64,000 bases of DNA from Takakia lepidozioides (Eukaryota > Plantae > Bryophyta), in contig CM060733.1 in NCBI GenBank assembly GCA_030704615.1, positions 67,580,001 through 67,644,000 of the forward strand. The letters run 5' to 3'. The translations under genes and the position numbers were made by a program. Below, piece by piece: positions 39,762-52,019 of this stretch (within the stretch, counting starts at the first letter, position 1; each line of letters begins with the position of its first letter). Below the pieces are notes generated by a model. The model was not told the origin of the DNA and searched no databases. It saw nothing but the letters and a program-made list of their open reading frames with translations.

Positions 39762-42530
39762 CCAGATGTCATTCTGAACACTGCCCCTGCCCTGGTGGAC
39801 ATATATGCCAAATGTGGATGCATCGAGGATGCCAAGGGAGTGTTCAACACTATGGCTGAACGAGATGTGGTGTCATGGAGTGCGATGCTTGCAGGGTATG
39901 CACAGCAGAGGTGCGGGATGGAGGCTCCAACCTATGAGCAAATGATGGGGGAAGGGGTGAAGGCCGCCGACATAATGTTTGTGTGCGTTTGCAGTGCGTC
40001 TGGCAGCCCTGGAAAAGGGCAAAGAGATCCCTGGTGACATCATCAAATGTGCAATTGTACCAGATGTCATCCTGAACACTGCTCTGGTGGACATGTATGC
40101 CAAATGTGGATGCATCGAGGATGCCAAGGGAGTGTTCAACACTATGGCTGAACGAGATGTGGTGTCATGGAGTGCGATGCTTGCAGGGTATGCACAGCAG
40201 GGGTGCAGGATGGAGGCTCCAACCTATGAGCAAATGATGGGGGAAGGGGTGAAGGCCGCCGACATAACGTTTGAGTGCGTTTGCAGTGCGTCTGGCAGCC
40301 CTGGGAAAGGGCAAAGAGATCCCTGGTGACATCATCAAATGTGCAATTGTACCAGATGTCATCCTGAACACTGCTCTGGTGGACATGTATGCCAAATGTG
40401 GGAGCATTGAGGATGCCAAGGGAGTGTTCAACACTATGGCTGAACGAGAGGTGGTGTCATGGAGTGCGATGCTTGCAGGCTATGCACAGCAGGGGTGCGG
40501 GATGGAGGCTCCAACCTTTGAGCAAATGATAGGGGAAGGGGTGAAGGCCGCCGACATACCCTTTGTGTGCGTTTGCAATGCGTCTGGCAGCCCTGGAAAA
40601 GGGCAAAGAGATCCCTGGTGACATCATCAAATGTGCAATTGTACCAGATGTCATCCTGAACACTGCTCTGGTGGACATGTATGCCAAATGTGGGAGCATT
40701 GAGGATGCCAAGGGAGTGTTCAACACTATGGCTGAACGAGAGGTGGTGTCGTGGAACGCGATGCTTGCAGGGTGTGCAGAGCAGGGGCGCGGGATGGGGC
40801 TTTGGAGACCTATGAGCAAATGATGGGGGAAGGGGTGAAGCTCGACCACATCATGTTTGTGTGCGTGTGCAAGCATGGCAGCCCTGGAAAAGGGCAAAGA
40901 GGTGCATGGTTGCATCACCAAAGCTGGAATTGTACCAGATGTGATTCTGAACAATACCCTCGTGGACATGTATGCCAAATGTGGGAGCATTGAGGATGCG
41001 GAGGGAGTGTTCAACACTATGACTGAACGAGATGTGGTGTCGTGGAACGCGATGCTTGCAGGATGTGCACAGCAGGGGCGCAGGATGGAGCCTTCGGAGA
41101 CCTGAATCCTCCATGGGTCATGACAGAAGGTCAAGGACAATGTGGTGAAGATGTTCTTCTTCAACCTATTTCAGTCCGTTTTTCCCTCTCCAGGCACTGC
41201 TAGAAGGAACCTTCTTCAACACATTTCACCCTGTTTTTCCCTCTTATCATAATCGGCCCTAAATTTCCATGTTGGATTCTAGTTAGCAGCTCATTGAGTG
41301 AATCTAGTTTGGAGTGCCTTTGACATGATACTGCCAATGTGACAAGGATATGCATTGAACTCATTGGTAGCGAGATATTGGGATAACTCTTGGCCATGTG
41401 CCATCGTCAAAGCTGAAATTGTACTAGTTGTCATTCTGAACACTGCCCTGGTGGACATGTATGCCAAATGTGGGTGCAGCAAGCCTGATGCGAAGAGTTT
41501 GACAACATGGCTAAATGAGATGTGGTGTTCTGGGGTGCCATGATTGCAAGGTATGTGCAGCATGCAGGGTGTGGGATTAAGGCTTTGGAAACCTAAGAGC
41601 AAATGATGTGGGAAAGGATGAAGCCAGACCAGGTCATGTTCATATGTGTTTGTAATATGCATATGCAAGCCTAGCAGCCCTGGGAAGGGGCCAAGAGGTT
41701 CATGGTGATCACATCATCAAAGCTGGAATTGTACCTGATGTCATTCTGAACATCCCCTGGTGTACATGTATGTCAAATGCGAGCCTGGTAGCCCTGGAAA
41801 ACGCAAAGGTCCATGGTGACATCGTCAAAGCTGGAATTGTACCACTAGATGTCTCTAAACACTGCCTTGGTGGATATGTATGTCAAATGCAAGCCTGGCA
41901 GCCCTGGAAAAGGGTGCAGAGGTCCATGGTGATATCGTCAAAGCTCGTATTGTATCTGATGTGATTCTGAACGTTGCCGTAGTGGACATGTATGCCAAGT
42001 TTGGGTACAACTACAAGGATACAAATTGCATGTTTGATAATATGCCTGAATGAGATGTGGTATCAGCCTAGCCCATAATTGCACTTAACTAGAGTAGGCA
42101 ATGAGTGAAGACGGGGTTCGTGGTGACATCGTCCAAGCTGGAATTGAACTGATGTCGTTCTGAACTATGCCGTTGTGGACTTGTATGCCAAATGTGGGTG
42201 TATGGAGGAGGATGATGATCCCAGGATATGCACAACAGCGGCGCAGGATGGAGGCCCTTTGGAGACCTATGAGCAAGTGGTGTGGGAAGGGGTACTGCAG
42301 CGCAACCACATCGTCCAAGCTGGAATTGTACTAGATGTCGATCTGAACTATGCCCTTGTGCACTTGTATGCCAAACGTGTGTGCATGGAGGATGATGATC
42401 CCATGATATGCCCAACAGCCCTGCAAAAGGGCAAAGAGGTTCGTGGTGACATCATCCAAGCTGGAATTGGACTAGATGTTGTTCTGAACTATGCCCTCGT
42501 GGACTTGTATGCCAAGTGTGGATGCATGGA
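39762..42530 (+). pseudogene. PLS-class PPR array, frameshifted, tandemly amplified
   Basis: Repeated PDVILNTALVDMYAKCGSIEDAKGVFNTMAERDVVSWNAMLAG. 292-bp period (ccagatg at 40060, 40352, 40644, then 40935); more decayed copies at 41400-42530. No E/DYW domain seen. Confidence 0.93.
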
Positions 42531-42674
42531 CTAGTGTGATAAGTTGAGTTGGTGTTTCCTAGAACAAATCTAGGCTGTCATTGTCAGCTACTAGCAGCAA
42601 GGCATTAAGGATGTATGCATGATTTGTGCAGAGGCATGGATAGCTGAAGTAGCAGGGATATAATGTGGGTCCAG

Positions 42675-43308
42675 ATTCATCCAAGGGGCCGGATTTCAAG
42701 CTCCAGATTACCTATGATTCCCTGTGGAAGGATAGCTACAAGGGTAGATGGTCAACTGGAAGCCGCAGCAGCAGCGGCACAATTGATAAAATCAGGCACT
42801 GCTAATGAAGGCACCTTCTTCAACACATTTCACCCTGTTTTCCCCTCTTATCAGAATCGGCCCTAGAATATTTTCATGTTGAATTTTGCAAGTTAGCTGG
42901 TTGAGTGAACCTTTGATAGTTTGGAGTGACTTTGACATGATACTGCCAAAGTGACAACAGGAAAGTATCCAAAACCACGTAACAGAGATGAGGAGAAGCT
43001 GTGGAATGAATACTTTTCTGACCCCAGTCAATGGTGGGACAACCAAGGCAAAAAGGTGAATGCATGTTAGATTCCAGAGAGCAGCAGACGCAATTCAGCA
43101 TAGGAACTAGTGTGATAAGCTGAGTTGGGTGTTTCCTAGAACAAATCTAGGCTGTAATTGTCAGCTGCTAGCAGCAAGGCAAGGATGAATGCATGATATG
43201 TGCAGAGGCATGGATAGCTGAAGGAGCAGGGATAGAGCGTGGGTGCAGATTCATCGAAGAGGGCCAGATTTCAAGCACAAGATTACCTATGATTCCCTGT
43301 GGCAATAG
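42675..43308 (+). pseudogene. PDF-motif exons (3' group), including one splice-competent complete motif
   Basis: 42675-42810 IHPRG(fs)PDFKLQITYDSLWKD..VDGQL. 42961-43055 KYPKPRNRDEEKLWNEYFSDPSQWWDNQGKK, then a GT-AG intron at 43056-43248, then 43249-43308 IHRRGPDFKHKITYDSLWQ*. Confidence 0.88.
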
Positions 43309-43859
43309 CTTTATGGTAGTGTGCAGTGGACTAAGCTTTGAACCCTAGTTTTCATATTGTGTTTGTCCTAGCAGTTGTGTGATGGATGCTAAGGTGCCCC
43401 TCTTCCACAGTACTGGACAACCCTTCAGTTTTTGTTTTTGTGCTTGTCCTGTAGGACATTGGTAGAACTGCTGCTTAGTTCCTGGCATAGCGGTCGTGGA
43501 GTTTTGTGTTGGAGCATCTCAAGTGCCGAAGTTGTAGCTCGGTTTTTTGTTGTTCAGCTTGCCAGGTTCGGAATATGTAGAGTAGTGCAGCATGTCTCGG
43601 GTCCGGTGAGTAGTTTTGACGTAGCTGCAACGTCTCCAAATGCTGGAAGTGTATCTTCATGCAGGCAGACCATATGGCAGACCTTAATATGAACATTTCA
43701 ATGAAGCGTCAGTTTGGAAACCGTTTGGTAGCAAGTAGATGTATGCGCAATGATGCATGCCTTAGCCATGCTGCTGCTTCTGTTTGTGTGCAGGGTCTGT
43801 ATACTGATTTTGTGCAGTATGTGTAGTGTGTAGGTATGTATGGAATTTTAGAATTTTAG

Positions 43860-44338
43860 AACACATGTCATTGCGTCCTCACTCCACGTGCCCCCCTGGT
43901 TTTCCATAAAATCCATGTGCTGTGTTCGAAATTATTCCACGTGGCCCCCGCAACCATGTCCAAAAATCCACGTGTTGTCCCCCTAATATGCCCCGTGCCC
44001 CCTTGCGCCATGTCCAAAAGTGCCATGTGTCACTGCTACATTGTTCCACATCGCGGCGACAGGCGCGATCCGGGGCTGCCACGTGTCTTCTCCTCCCCGC
44101 GTGGCGTGTGGCGTGTCCACGTGGCGCGCCCTGTGTCATGTCCAGGTGGCCAGCAACGGCCACCTTTGTCCATGCTGTGGATGAAGTGTGGCATGGTCAT
44201 TTCCACACAGCCACCGTTTGCCACACCTGTCCGAAACAACTAGTCTGTTTACACACCGGGGGAAAGTGTGGACCCTGTCTGATATCACAGTAAAAAGAGT
44301 GACTTAAGTCGTGGCAAAAACCAATTTGTGTTGTAGTG
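43860..44338. mobile_element. Single end of a CACTA (En/Spm) DNA transposon
   Basis: Ends in ..gtgttgtagtg (reverse complement CACTACAACAC) at 44338, preceded by GC-rich subterminal CCACGTG/CCATGTG-type repeats. No partner end found. Confidence 0.55.
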
Positions 44339-44344
44339 ATTGTC

Positions 44345-45240
44345 AGTAACAGTTCTATACCAGTGCTGATTAACCCCCATTGGCATATGGTATTTCATAT
44401 ACATTGTGATGCTTCGGGAGAAGCATTGGGTGTTGTGCTAGCTCAAAACGTTACAGGAAACATAGATTCACCTGTTTATTATGCTAGCAGGTTATTGAAC
44501 GAACAGTGCTGAAAGAAATTATAGCACCACGGAAATGGAAGCTTTGGCAATGATTTATTTAGTCAAGAAGTTCAGGCATTGAGCCCTTGGGGTGAAGAGA
44601 CACCATAAGTTACGTTTCCTTCGGAAGGTGTCATATTTTTTTTTTCCAGGCATTATCTGTTGGGAAGGAAGTTTATGTTCTATGTGGATCATTAAGCTTT
44701 GATTTATTTGGTGAACAAGACTTTGATAAGTGGAAGAATAGCAAGATGGCTAATAACACTGCATGAGTTTGAATTCGAAGTTGTTTACAAACCTGGACGG
44801 TTGCATCTGGTGGCAGATCACTTATCACGTTTGGAAACAGGAGAAACCACCATAGGGGTGGACGATCAACTACCTGATGCCAGTTTATTTGCAGTAGAGG
44901 TAGGGGCTGATGATAGACTGGATTGATAGTGGCCAATCAGATACTATTTGACTCATGGTCAGTGCCCACCTAGTTATATTGGAAAGGAGCATAGAAGGAG
45001 GATAGCCATTAAGGCTTTGCCATACACTATGATAGGAGGGAAACTTTATAAGTTAGGACCATATGGTGTACTAAAGAGATGCTTGTACCATCACGAGGTC
45101 AATAAAGTTTTGGAAGAGACTCATAGAGGAGTGGTTGGAGGACACTTTGGAGAAGAGACTACCACTAGGAAGATTTTACTTGCGGGGGGTATTGGTGGCC
45201 TACATTATTCAAAGATGTACATAACTTTTGCAAAAGCACC
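44345..45240 (+). mobile_element. Ty3/gypsy pol remnant (RNase H to integrase N-terminus)
   Basis: HIHCDASGEALGVVLAQ, PVYYASR, NYSTTEMEALAMIY, ARWLITLHEFEFEVVYKPG..VADHLSR, LEETHRGVVGGHFG. Confidence 0.9.
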
Positions 45241-46479
45241 CGGATTTAAATGACAGGATTGTGGTATCACAAACAGGTCACAAACAGGCGCTCCCAAACA
45301 GGCGCTCTGCCCTTCCACCATGATCTTGTCTATGCCTTAGCAAAGTTTTAGTTATGACTATCTTTTAGGGTTCCGCTAAATACCTAGTCTCCTCGTCTTC
45401 CTATGCTCTCCAGACTAGCGGTCCCACTTATTTACCAGTGTCTCTATATTTATCCATGGCCGCCGCCATGGCTTCTGCTACTTCTCAATGTGCTCGGCGG
45501 GGCTGTCTCGCCGCCCACTCCGAGCACGATGCTATTACAACGCTCACCCCGCAGCTTTCTCCCTGCGATGAAGACCCGTTACACGATCCTATCCCTCTGC
45601 ATAGCACGCTAGTCCTGGTGCTGGACTACGAAGGTCACGCCCGCCTGGAGTTCTCTCTGCAAGATTTTTCTACAAGCTCCGGAGGCCATGCACCACTCAA
45701 GGCACCACCTGCATCTGGAGTTGTACCATCGACCTACCCTTGCTTGAACATCCATGAAGCAGGGATGCGCATCTACAATTCGTCGGCCCCTGCGCGATGA
45801 GAAGCAGGTTGAATAATCAAAAGGGGACTGAGAGAGCTCATTCAGCCCAGTCACACCTGGTCCTTAGTGGGAAAGGTCATGTTTTTGCTTCAACTCGGTG
45901 ACAAGGAGTTGCGTCTGCAATGTTCCCAATGGCCTCTCCCCCCCTACATGTTTCCAAGCTACCAGGGTGTCCCAGCTACCACCTCAAAGCTGTTGCAGTA
46001 CAAGTACAACAGCGTCAAGGAACTCAATGCTATGGCGAAAAGGTATGAACCCCACCTCGCTTGGGCCAGAGAGTGCAACATCATTTCCTTGGACTCTCTT
46101 GTGGGACCTACTCGACCTCCAGGAAAGAACCAACCAATTAGCCCGATGTGCTCCTGCCACGATATGCCCTTTCAGGAAGATCGCTAGCCCTGTGCTGGCT
46201 GGAGGAGTGCGACCATAACCCTATTTCAAAGGTCTCCCGACGAAGCAGGTTGTGCTGGCCGCTGCCCACGCGAATCGCCAGACCCCATGGCCACATGCAC
46301 CAGAAACTCTCTCGCTGATGGACCATATTGTGGCGGATACTCGGGTGTCCGTAAGCCGATCTCTGTTCAGTATGTTCAATGGCAGCTCCACAACTCGGAT
46401 TACGACATCAGCTCCTGAGGGAACTATCAACCAACCACCCCCTTCTCTAATTCACTTGCTTGCCAGAGATTCTTTCGTG

Positions 46480-46806
46480 AAGGTAGCATTCACTCCTGCA
46501 GATCACCGATGGTACCTCACTGGAACACTCATTCAGAACAAACTCGAGAAAGTGTTCAGTCAGCTACTACTTTCCCCGCGAGTCGAACCATGGAGTAATT
46601 GGGGCTGGTGGAACAAGTCTGTACAGAAGCCTTTTGGGGAGGGGGCTGAGATGTGCCTTAAACTCTTACGGGACATTCTGCATCCCCTCATGCTGCGCCG
46701 CACCAGGGGCATGGCCAGCTGCTGCAAGGATGGCAGACCTAACGTAGTGTTGCCCTCAGCAGAGATGCAAGTTCTGGACTTTGAGCTTACAAAGGCTTAT
46801 GATTAC
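46480..46806 (+). pseudogene. Captured fragment of a RAD5A-like SNF2 helicase within an unrelated ORF (46252-46992)
   Basis: ADHRWYLTGTLIQNKLE..VEPWSNWGWWNKSVQKPF..ILHPLMLRRT..KDGRPNVVLP: SNF2 motif III (TGTP) to LRR region, in the RAD5/RAD16 form. No other helicase parts nearby. Confidence 0.85.
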
Positions 46807-49800
46807 AACAACTCAAGTATGGGTCTTTTAGCTGAATCATCGCAGAAGGTACCAATTGTTTATAATGAGTACATTGCAGATGCTCTTATAGCTGGAAATT
46901 GCAGAGTGACCTGCCCCCAGAGTTCCTCAAGGGCAGCTACCCCTCAAGGGCCTAGGTTGCGCGAAGCTCCATTGCACCTTGCTGCTGGATAGTGGCTGCA
47001 GTTGGGGGATTCCAAGCCTTGTGTTCCTCAGCTGATTACCACACCACAACGGAGCTGCTTCTTTGGAGGTGGTTCTCACCCCTTCTTTGTGCTGATCCCT
47101 AGCTTCGTACAAATGAGCATCAAACTTCAGGACGCCTCTACTGAAACAGTCAAGGCGCACACACCCTACAATACGCCTGGCTCTACCCTGTTCTCAGCAA
47201 AAGAGGCCAAGGAATTGACTCAAGTCTGCCATCTTATGCTTCAGCTGCAATATCCCTGCTGGCAAGCCTTCACCACACAGGCCAGCCCTGGCCGATTCAC
47301 CAGCATCACAGCTCCTGGTGGCAACCACTATTTCAATTTTGCACCAGTAAATCGCAAGGCAACAAACAAGCAAGCACTTTGTAACTTTACCTTCATTGCG
47401 AATGGGCACGGGATGCCACTGCCAGGTGTGACCTCTCGACCTAGTTACTATCACTCAAGCGAGCAACCTGGGCACCGCACTATGACCATGGAGTTGTCGC
47501 CCCACGACCATGCTTCCCTCCCAGATAATGGGCTTCTCTATCCCGCCAACATTGTTTTGCAACACCCCTCAACAGTTGTCATGTGGTGGACAAGTTCAAT
47601 TGACTTCATCTGCAGATGGAAGCCGGCCAGGGCATCTGGGTACACCCGAGGGGGGCTGCTATTTCATGAGCGGCATGAGCATGAGCGGGAAAAAGAAAAT
47701 ACATGAGCGGACCATTATGTGTCCACGGAAATAGGGATACGAGGATGTGAAGTTGGAATGTGGCACCACTGGACTTGTCATAGCAATGAAATGCAACATT
47801 TTATTGCAAATTTTGTGGCAAGCCACATCTATACAAGTGTGTCCTAAGTGTCATAGCCGGAATGGGCACTACTCTCCTACACCCTCCGAGGAATTTGCCC
47901 CACCTTCCTCCTCATCCCCCTCATCCCCTGAGCTCTAAGATGTATCGGTTCCATTATGCCTCTCAAAAATACCGTCCTCTCCTTGGGGGACTGTCCACCT
48001 CACCTCCTGGGAATCTTTTGCCTCTTCTCCCCCACTTTCCTCAGCAGAATCCAAGACAAACGAACCTGACAAGCTCTAATAGTTGCCGCCTCCTCCTTCA
48101 TCTTCATTTTCCTGAGGCTTTCCTAGTCAAAATATGTTGTACACGACTAGGTTGAAACCCCTAATGGGACACCGTAGCAAGCCGGGCAATATAAGAAGGA
48201 AGGATGTCGTCCCTTTGAGGACTCCGCAAGAAATCTCCCCGGGCAAAAAATGGCACGTTCATTTTGCCAATAAACTGCGGTGAAGTCGTCCCTCCTGCAG
48301 TACTTGGCATCCTACAGGAAGAACAAATCCACTTCAAGAACGCCAATACCAACAGAATGTAGTTCTAAAGGGTCTTTCAATGAAATAAGAGAGCGAAGGG
48401 AGGTGACTCATGAAATCAAGAGGCAACTTACAATGCAACCACTCGCTTTGTGGGATTTGGCAAGTGCTTGGGCTCATGAGGACCCAGGGGAGAAAGTGGA
48501 GCTGGTTTCGGGCGGCCTCTGCATCCACCTTCAATTGAAATATCTGAAGGGCGAGCATGCCGGCCGGAAGGTCCAGATACCAAGGGCCATCGCGCAAATG
48601 CTCTAGGTGCCACTCCTTCACCATATCCGCAGTGTACATAGAGCTGGGGCCAGGACTAGAACATGCCATGAAGAATGGAGGTTCTCTAGCAAGCGAACTT
48701 TGTCACTCAATAGGTCGCGTTCATGTACCTAAAGAAAAAGAAAACAACAGTGAATGGGGTCGTCAGAATCCAAAACAGGCGGCGGGGCTCATTTGTTTTG
48801 TCTGGCGTGGCTCTTCGAGGGTGTCTCTGTACTGTCGAAGATTCTTACCCTTCTCTTTAGCCCTCTCTTGGCCTTCTCTATGTTTTCTCTCTGGCCTTCT
48901 GTGCTTGGATGGCGTTACTATAGGTGACTGCATATTTGAGGGGCTATCTGTGAGGGTCGACACGTGCCCTACCGCCGAAGATCTCCCTCTCATGCTGTTT
49001 GGCAGGCTGGGACAGGTTGATCCCCCCTTGTGATAGAGTCTCTGCATCCTCTCCTTTCTCTTTCGGGGGGGACAGGTTATTGGCCTTCTTTTTCTTCTTA
49101 GTGTGGGCCGGAACCTCTGGTTATGCAGCGGGAAGTTGTTTGGCCGGATTGCCCCCCCCAGCTGTCATGCTTTCGTTGCCTTGATTACCTCCCATGCCGA
49201 CTGTTGCAGCCTGCGCACCACCTCCCGAATCTGGACGTATTCCAATTATGCGTAGAATAACAAAGGAGACGAGAAGAGTTCGTGTGTGCCCTTGACCCTC
49301 TTGGAGACCCGAAATGAATCTCAGATGAGGATGACTACCCGCGGTGGATGAAACTTCATTTGCGACGGTTGGAACTGTGGAGGGGAAACCACCACTGGGT
49401 GTATTCCAGTTCTCTTCACTCTATATCCCCAACATTCAGGCCCCATCCAAACCACAGCCAAAGTCAGGAGAGTAGGCGGAATGTAGTGTATCACACAACC
49501 TGAAAGTACAAATGAAGAATCACAAGCAGAAGAACAAACATGCGAAGATGAGAATTAAAATGAGAAAAAAATACTACATACCTTTACACAGTGCTTGGTA
49601 GACCGCAACACCCGTAACGTCGGTGGAGGCAAACCGAGAAACTGAACGAAACGACGACAATGACGAGAGTATGCAAAAGAGGAAAGCAGGGCTCACTTGA
49701 GAATGCTCGGCCTGAGTTGGCAAGGGCTGTGAGCAAGACAAGGGGATCTCCTACGCTAGACAAAGTTTGGCCATGCGAGATGGGGGTCTCCTCCCAAAGT

Positions 49801-52019
49801 ATATAAAGGTCGCAGTTTTCGCCGCTTCCGAGAACTCTGGTTTCTCATAGCAGAGCCTCGCCCTTCTCGACGCGACATAAGTTTGAGTAATAGAAAAATC
49901 TCCAATGCGAGCGGATAATGCATACTAGGTGGCCACGCATGGAACTTCTTACCCAACCCCCCAGGATGGAAATGCGGTGCCAAATTTCCATCATGGGGGT
50001 TGGATGAAAGCTTCTTGGGGGGGAGAGAAAGCCAGCTGGCAGCCCAACTCCATCCCGAATTCGGTGCCCAATTTCCATCCGGAGGAATGAAAATTGGGCT
50101 GCCTGCTGGCTTTCTCTCCCCCCGCGAAGTTTCACCCACCGCCCCGGATGGCAATTAATCATTCTTTGCATCACTCTCAGATGCAGATTGCAACACAACT
50201 GTTGCAGCTGCTTGTCTAGGAATCCTCGTTTAACTGAATTTTCTACCACAACAATAAATTCATGAGATAGTACAAAAAAACATGGCTCTTAACTATTACT
50301 CAATGTTATGAACTAATATGTGGATCTTCACGTCAGAATCTCACCATCGCTCGACCTATCAGTCCAGCCACCCTTGGCCCAATAGGGCTCTCATCTGTTT
50401 CTTTGATGATTTCCTACACTAAATGGTGTATCAATCCCAATGATACTACATGACACAACTAGCAAATGAGCTCCCCATGAATATAACAGACTAATTCTAC
50501 TATTTCCTCTTCCAATGGATCCCCACTCATAATTTGGACATAGACCTCTCATTCCGAGCTCATTCCCTTTGTCAGAATTTTGCTGGGTTCTTGTTCTACG
50601 TTGTCGCTACAATATCACTACTGCTTTGCACTTTGGGGACATTCCACTAAACAAGCAAACCACTAAGTAGACAATACTAAATTGACAACAGCATGACAGA
50701 AAAACAACACGACCACTTCATATGCCTTTGATACTTGGAGAATTATGCACTATACTTCTTTATTCATTGCATCTGACAGAACATAATTGCAGAATGGCCT
50801 AGTCATTTGGCCAATGTGAATCTATATCAGGGCTGACACCCCTCCCAAGTACAGAGATGCTCGTCTCTTACACGGACTCTATAGATGACTCGGAGGCACA
50901 TCACCTAAGACTCCCTGTCTGTTGTGAGCTCGTCTTCTCTATGTCTCTATCTCTTGCTACAGGGAATGGGGAAAACTGCCTCACTATGCTTATTTATACT
51001 CCACTGGTGATGGTCTGTCTTAGGCTATTTCAAGAAATTACATCCTCCGTCCTTTAGATCCTCTCGCAGATCTGCTTAGATTCACCTATCGCCTTGATTC
51101 GTAAGTTGTAGTCAACCACACACTCGTGGTCAACCACGCTCTCGTAGTAGACAAAACTTTTGTTGGTCGTCTGAGACTTGTACCCTGGCATTATCTCGTA
51201 CAAATGTCCAGACTTGCACCTTTCATCCAACTCATGCTTATTCAGCTCCCACCAGCGTTTTTTTTTTCATTTAAGAACTTGAGCCATGTTGGCTCTTGGC
51301 TGGCCTATGAGGGGGGATGCTAGAGTGTGAGCCTAGCCACGTGAGCCCAGGACACGTGGCATGATTTTGGGAAAGATGCGGCGTCTATTTCCGTGGAAGA
51401 TGATCCATTACCGCAGAAACACGTCTTCATCCATATTAACCCTGCAACCCCAAACAGAAACCCTAACCTTTGTCAGCCTTAGGGACCCACCTCAACCCCG
51501 ACAGTGAACCTCGTCATCCCTCCCCTGTGCATGATACTGCGCACTGACATCATCCATGGGACCATCCATGCATGCAACATTCATCCACAGTGTACATCCA
51601 ATCGGGGTTTATCCATCCAAAAACATTCATCCTCCATCCATCCAACCAAATATTGGTGTGATGGCATATGTCGAATAACTGTCTACTGGACTATGCACAT
51701 ATTCATCTCTATTGAAAAAGTTTTATTGAATGCACATGGTTGAATTGGAGAGCAATGTTTAGAAAGAAAACACTTTCAAATTCGCAGGACGTGGAGGAGA
51801 GAATGTTTCAATTCAGGGATGTGAATTTCATTGTAGTCCGTGCTCATTACAACGGATGGTGGGAAAAGAAATGGCGGTGCAACGGAAAACGAAGAGTGTG
51901 TCCCCTCATGTTCCATAAATGAATGCCTTCAAGTACATCCGTAGGTGGTGTCAACACTGCTACTGCTACCATCTAAATCTGCTGAACTGCTAGAAGTACT
52001 GCTACAACCTAAAACTGCT

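Noticed and set aside
39747-41105. Functional PPR/DYW editing factor
   Set aside because: Every unit is frameshifted and no E/DYW domain follows.
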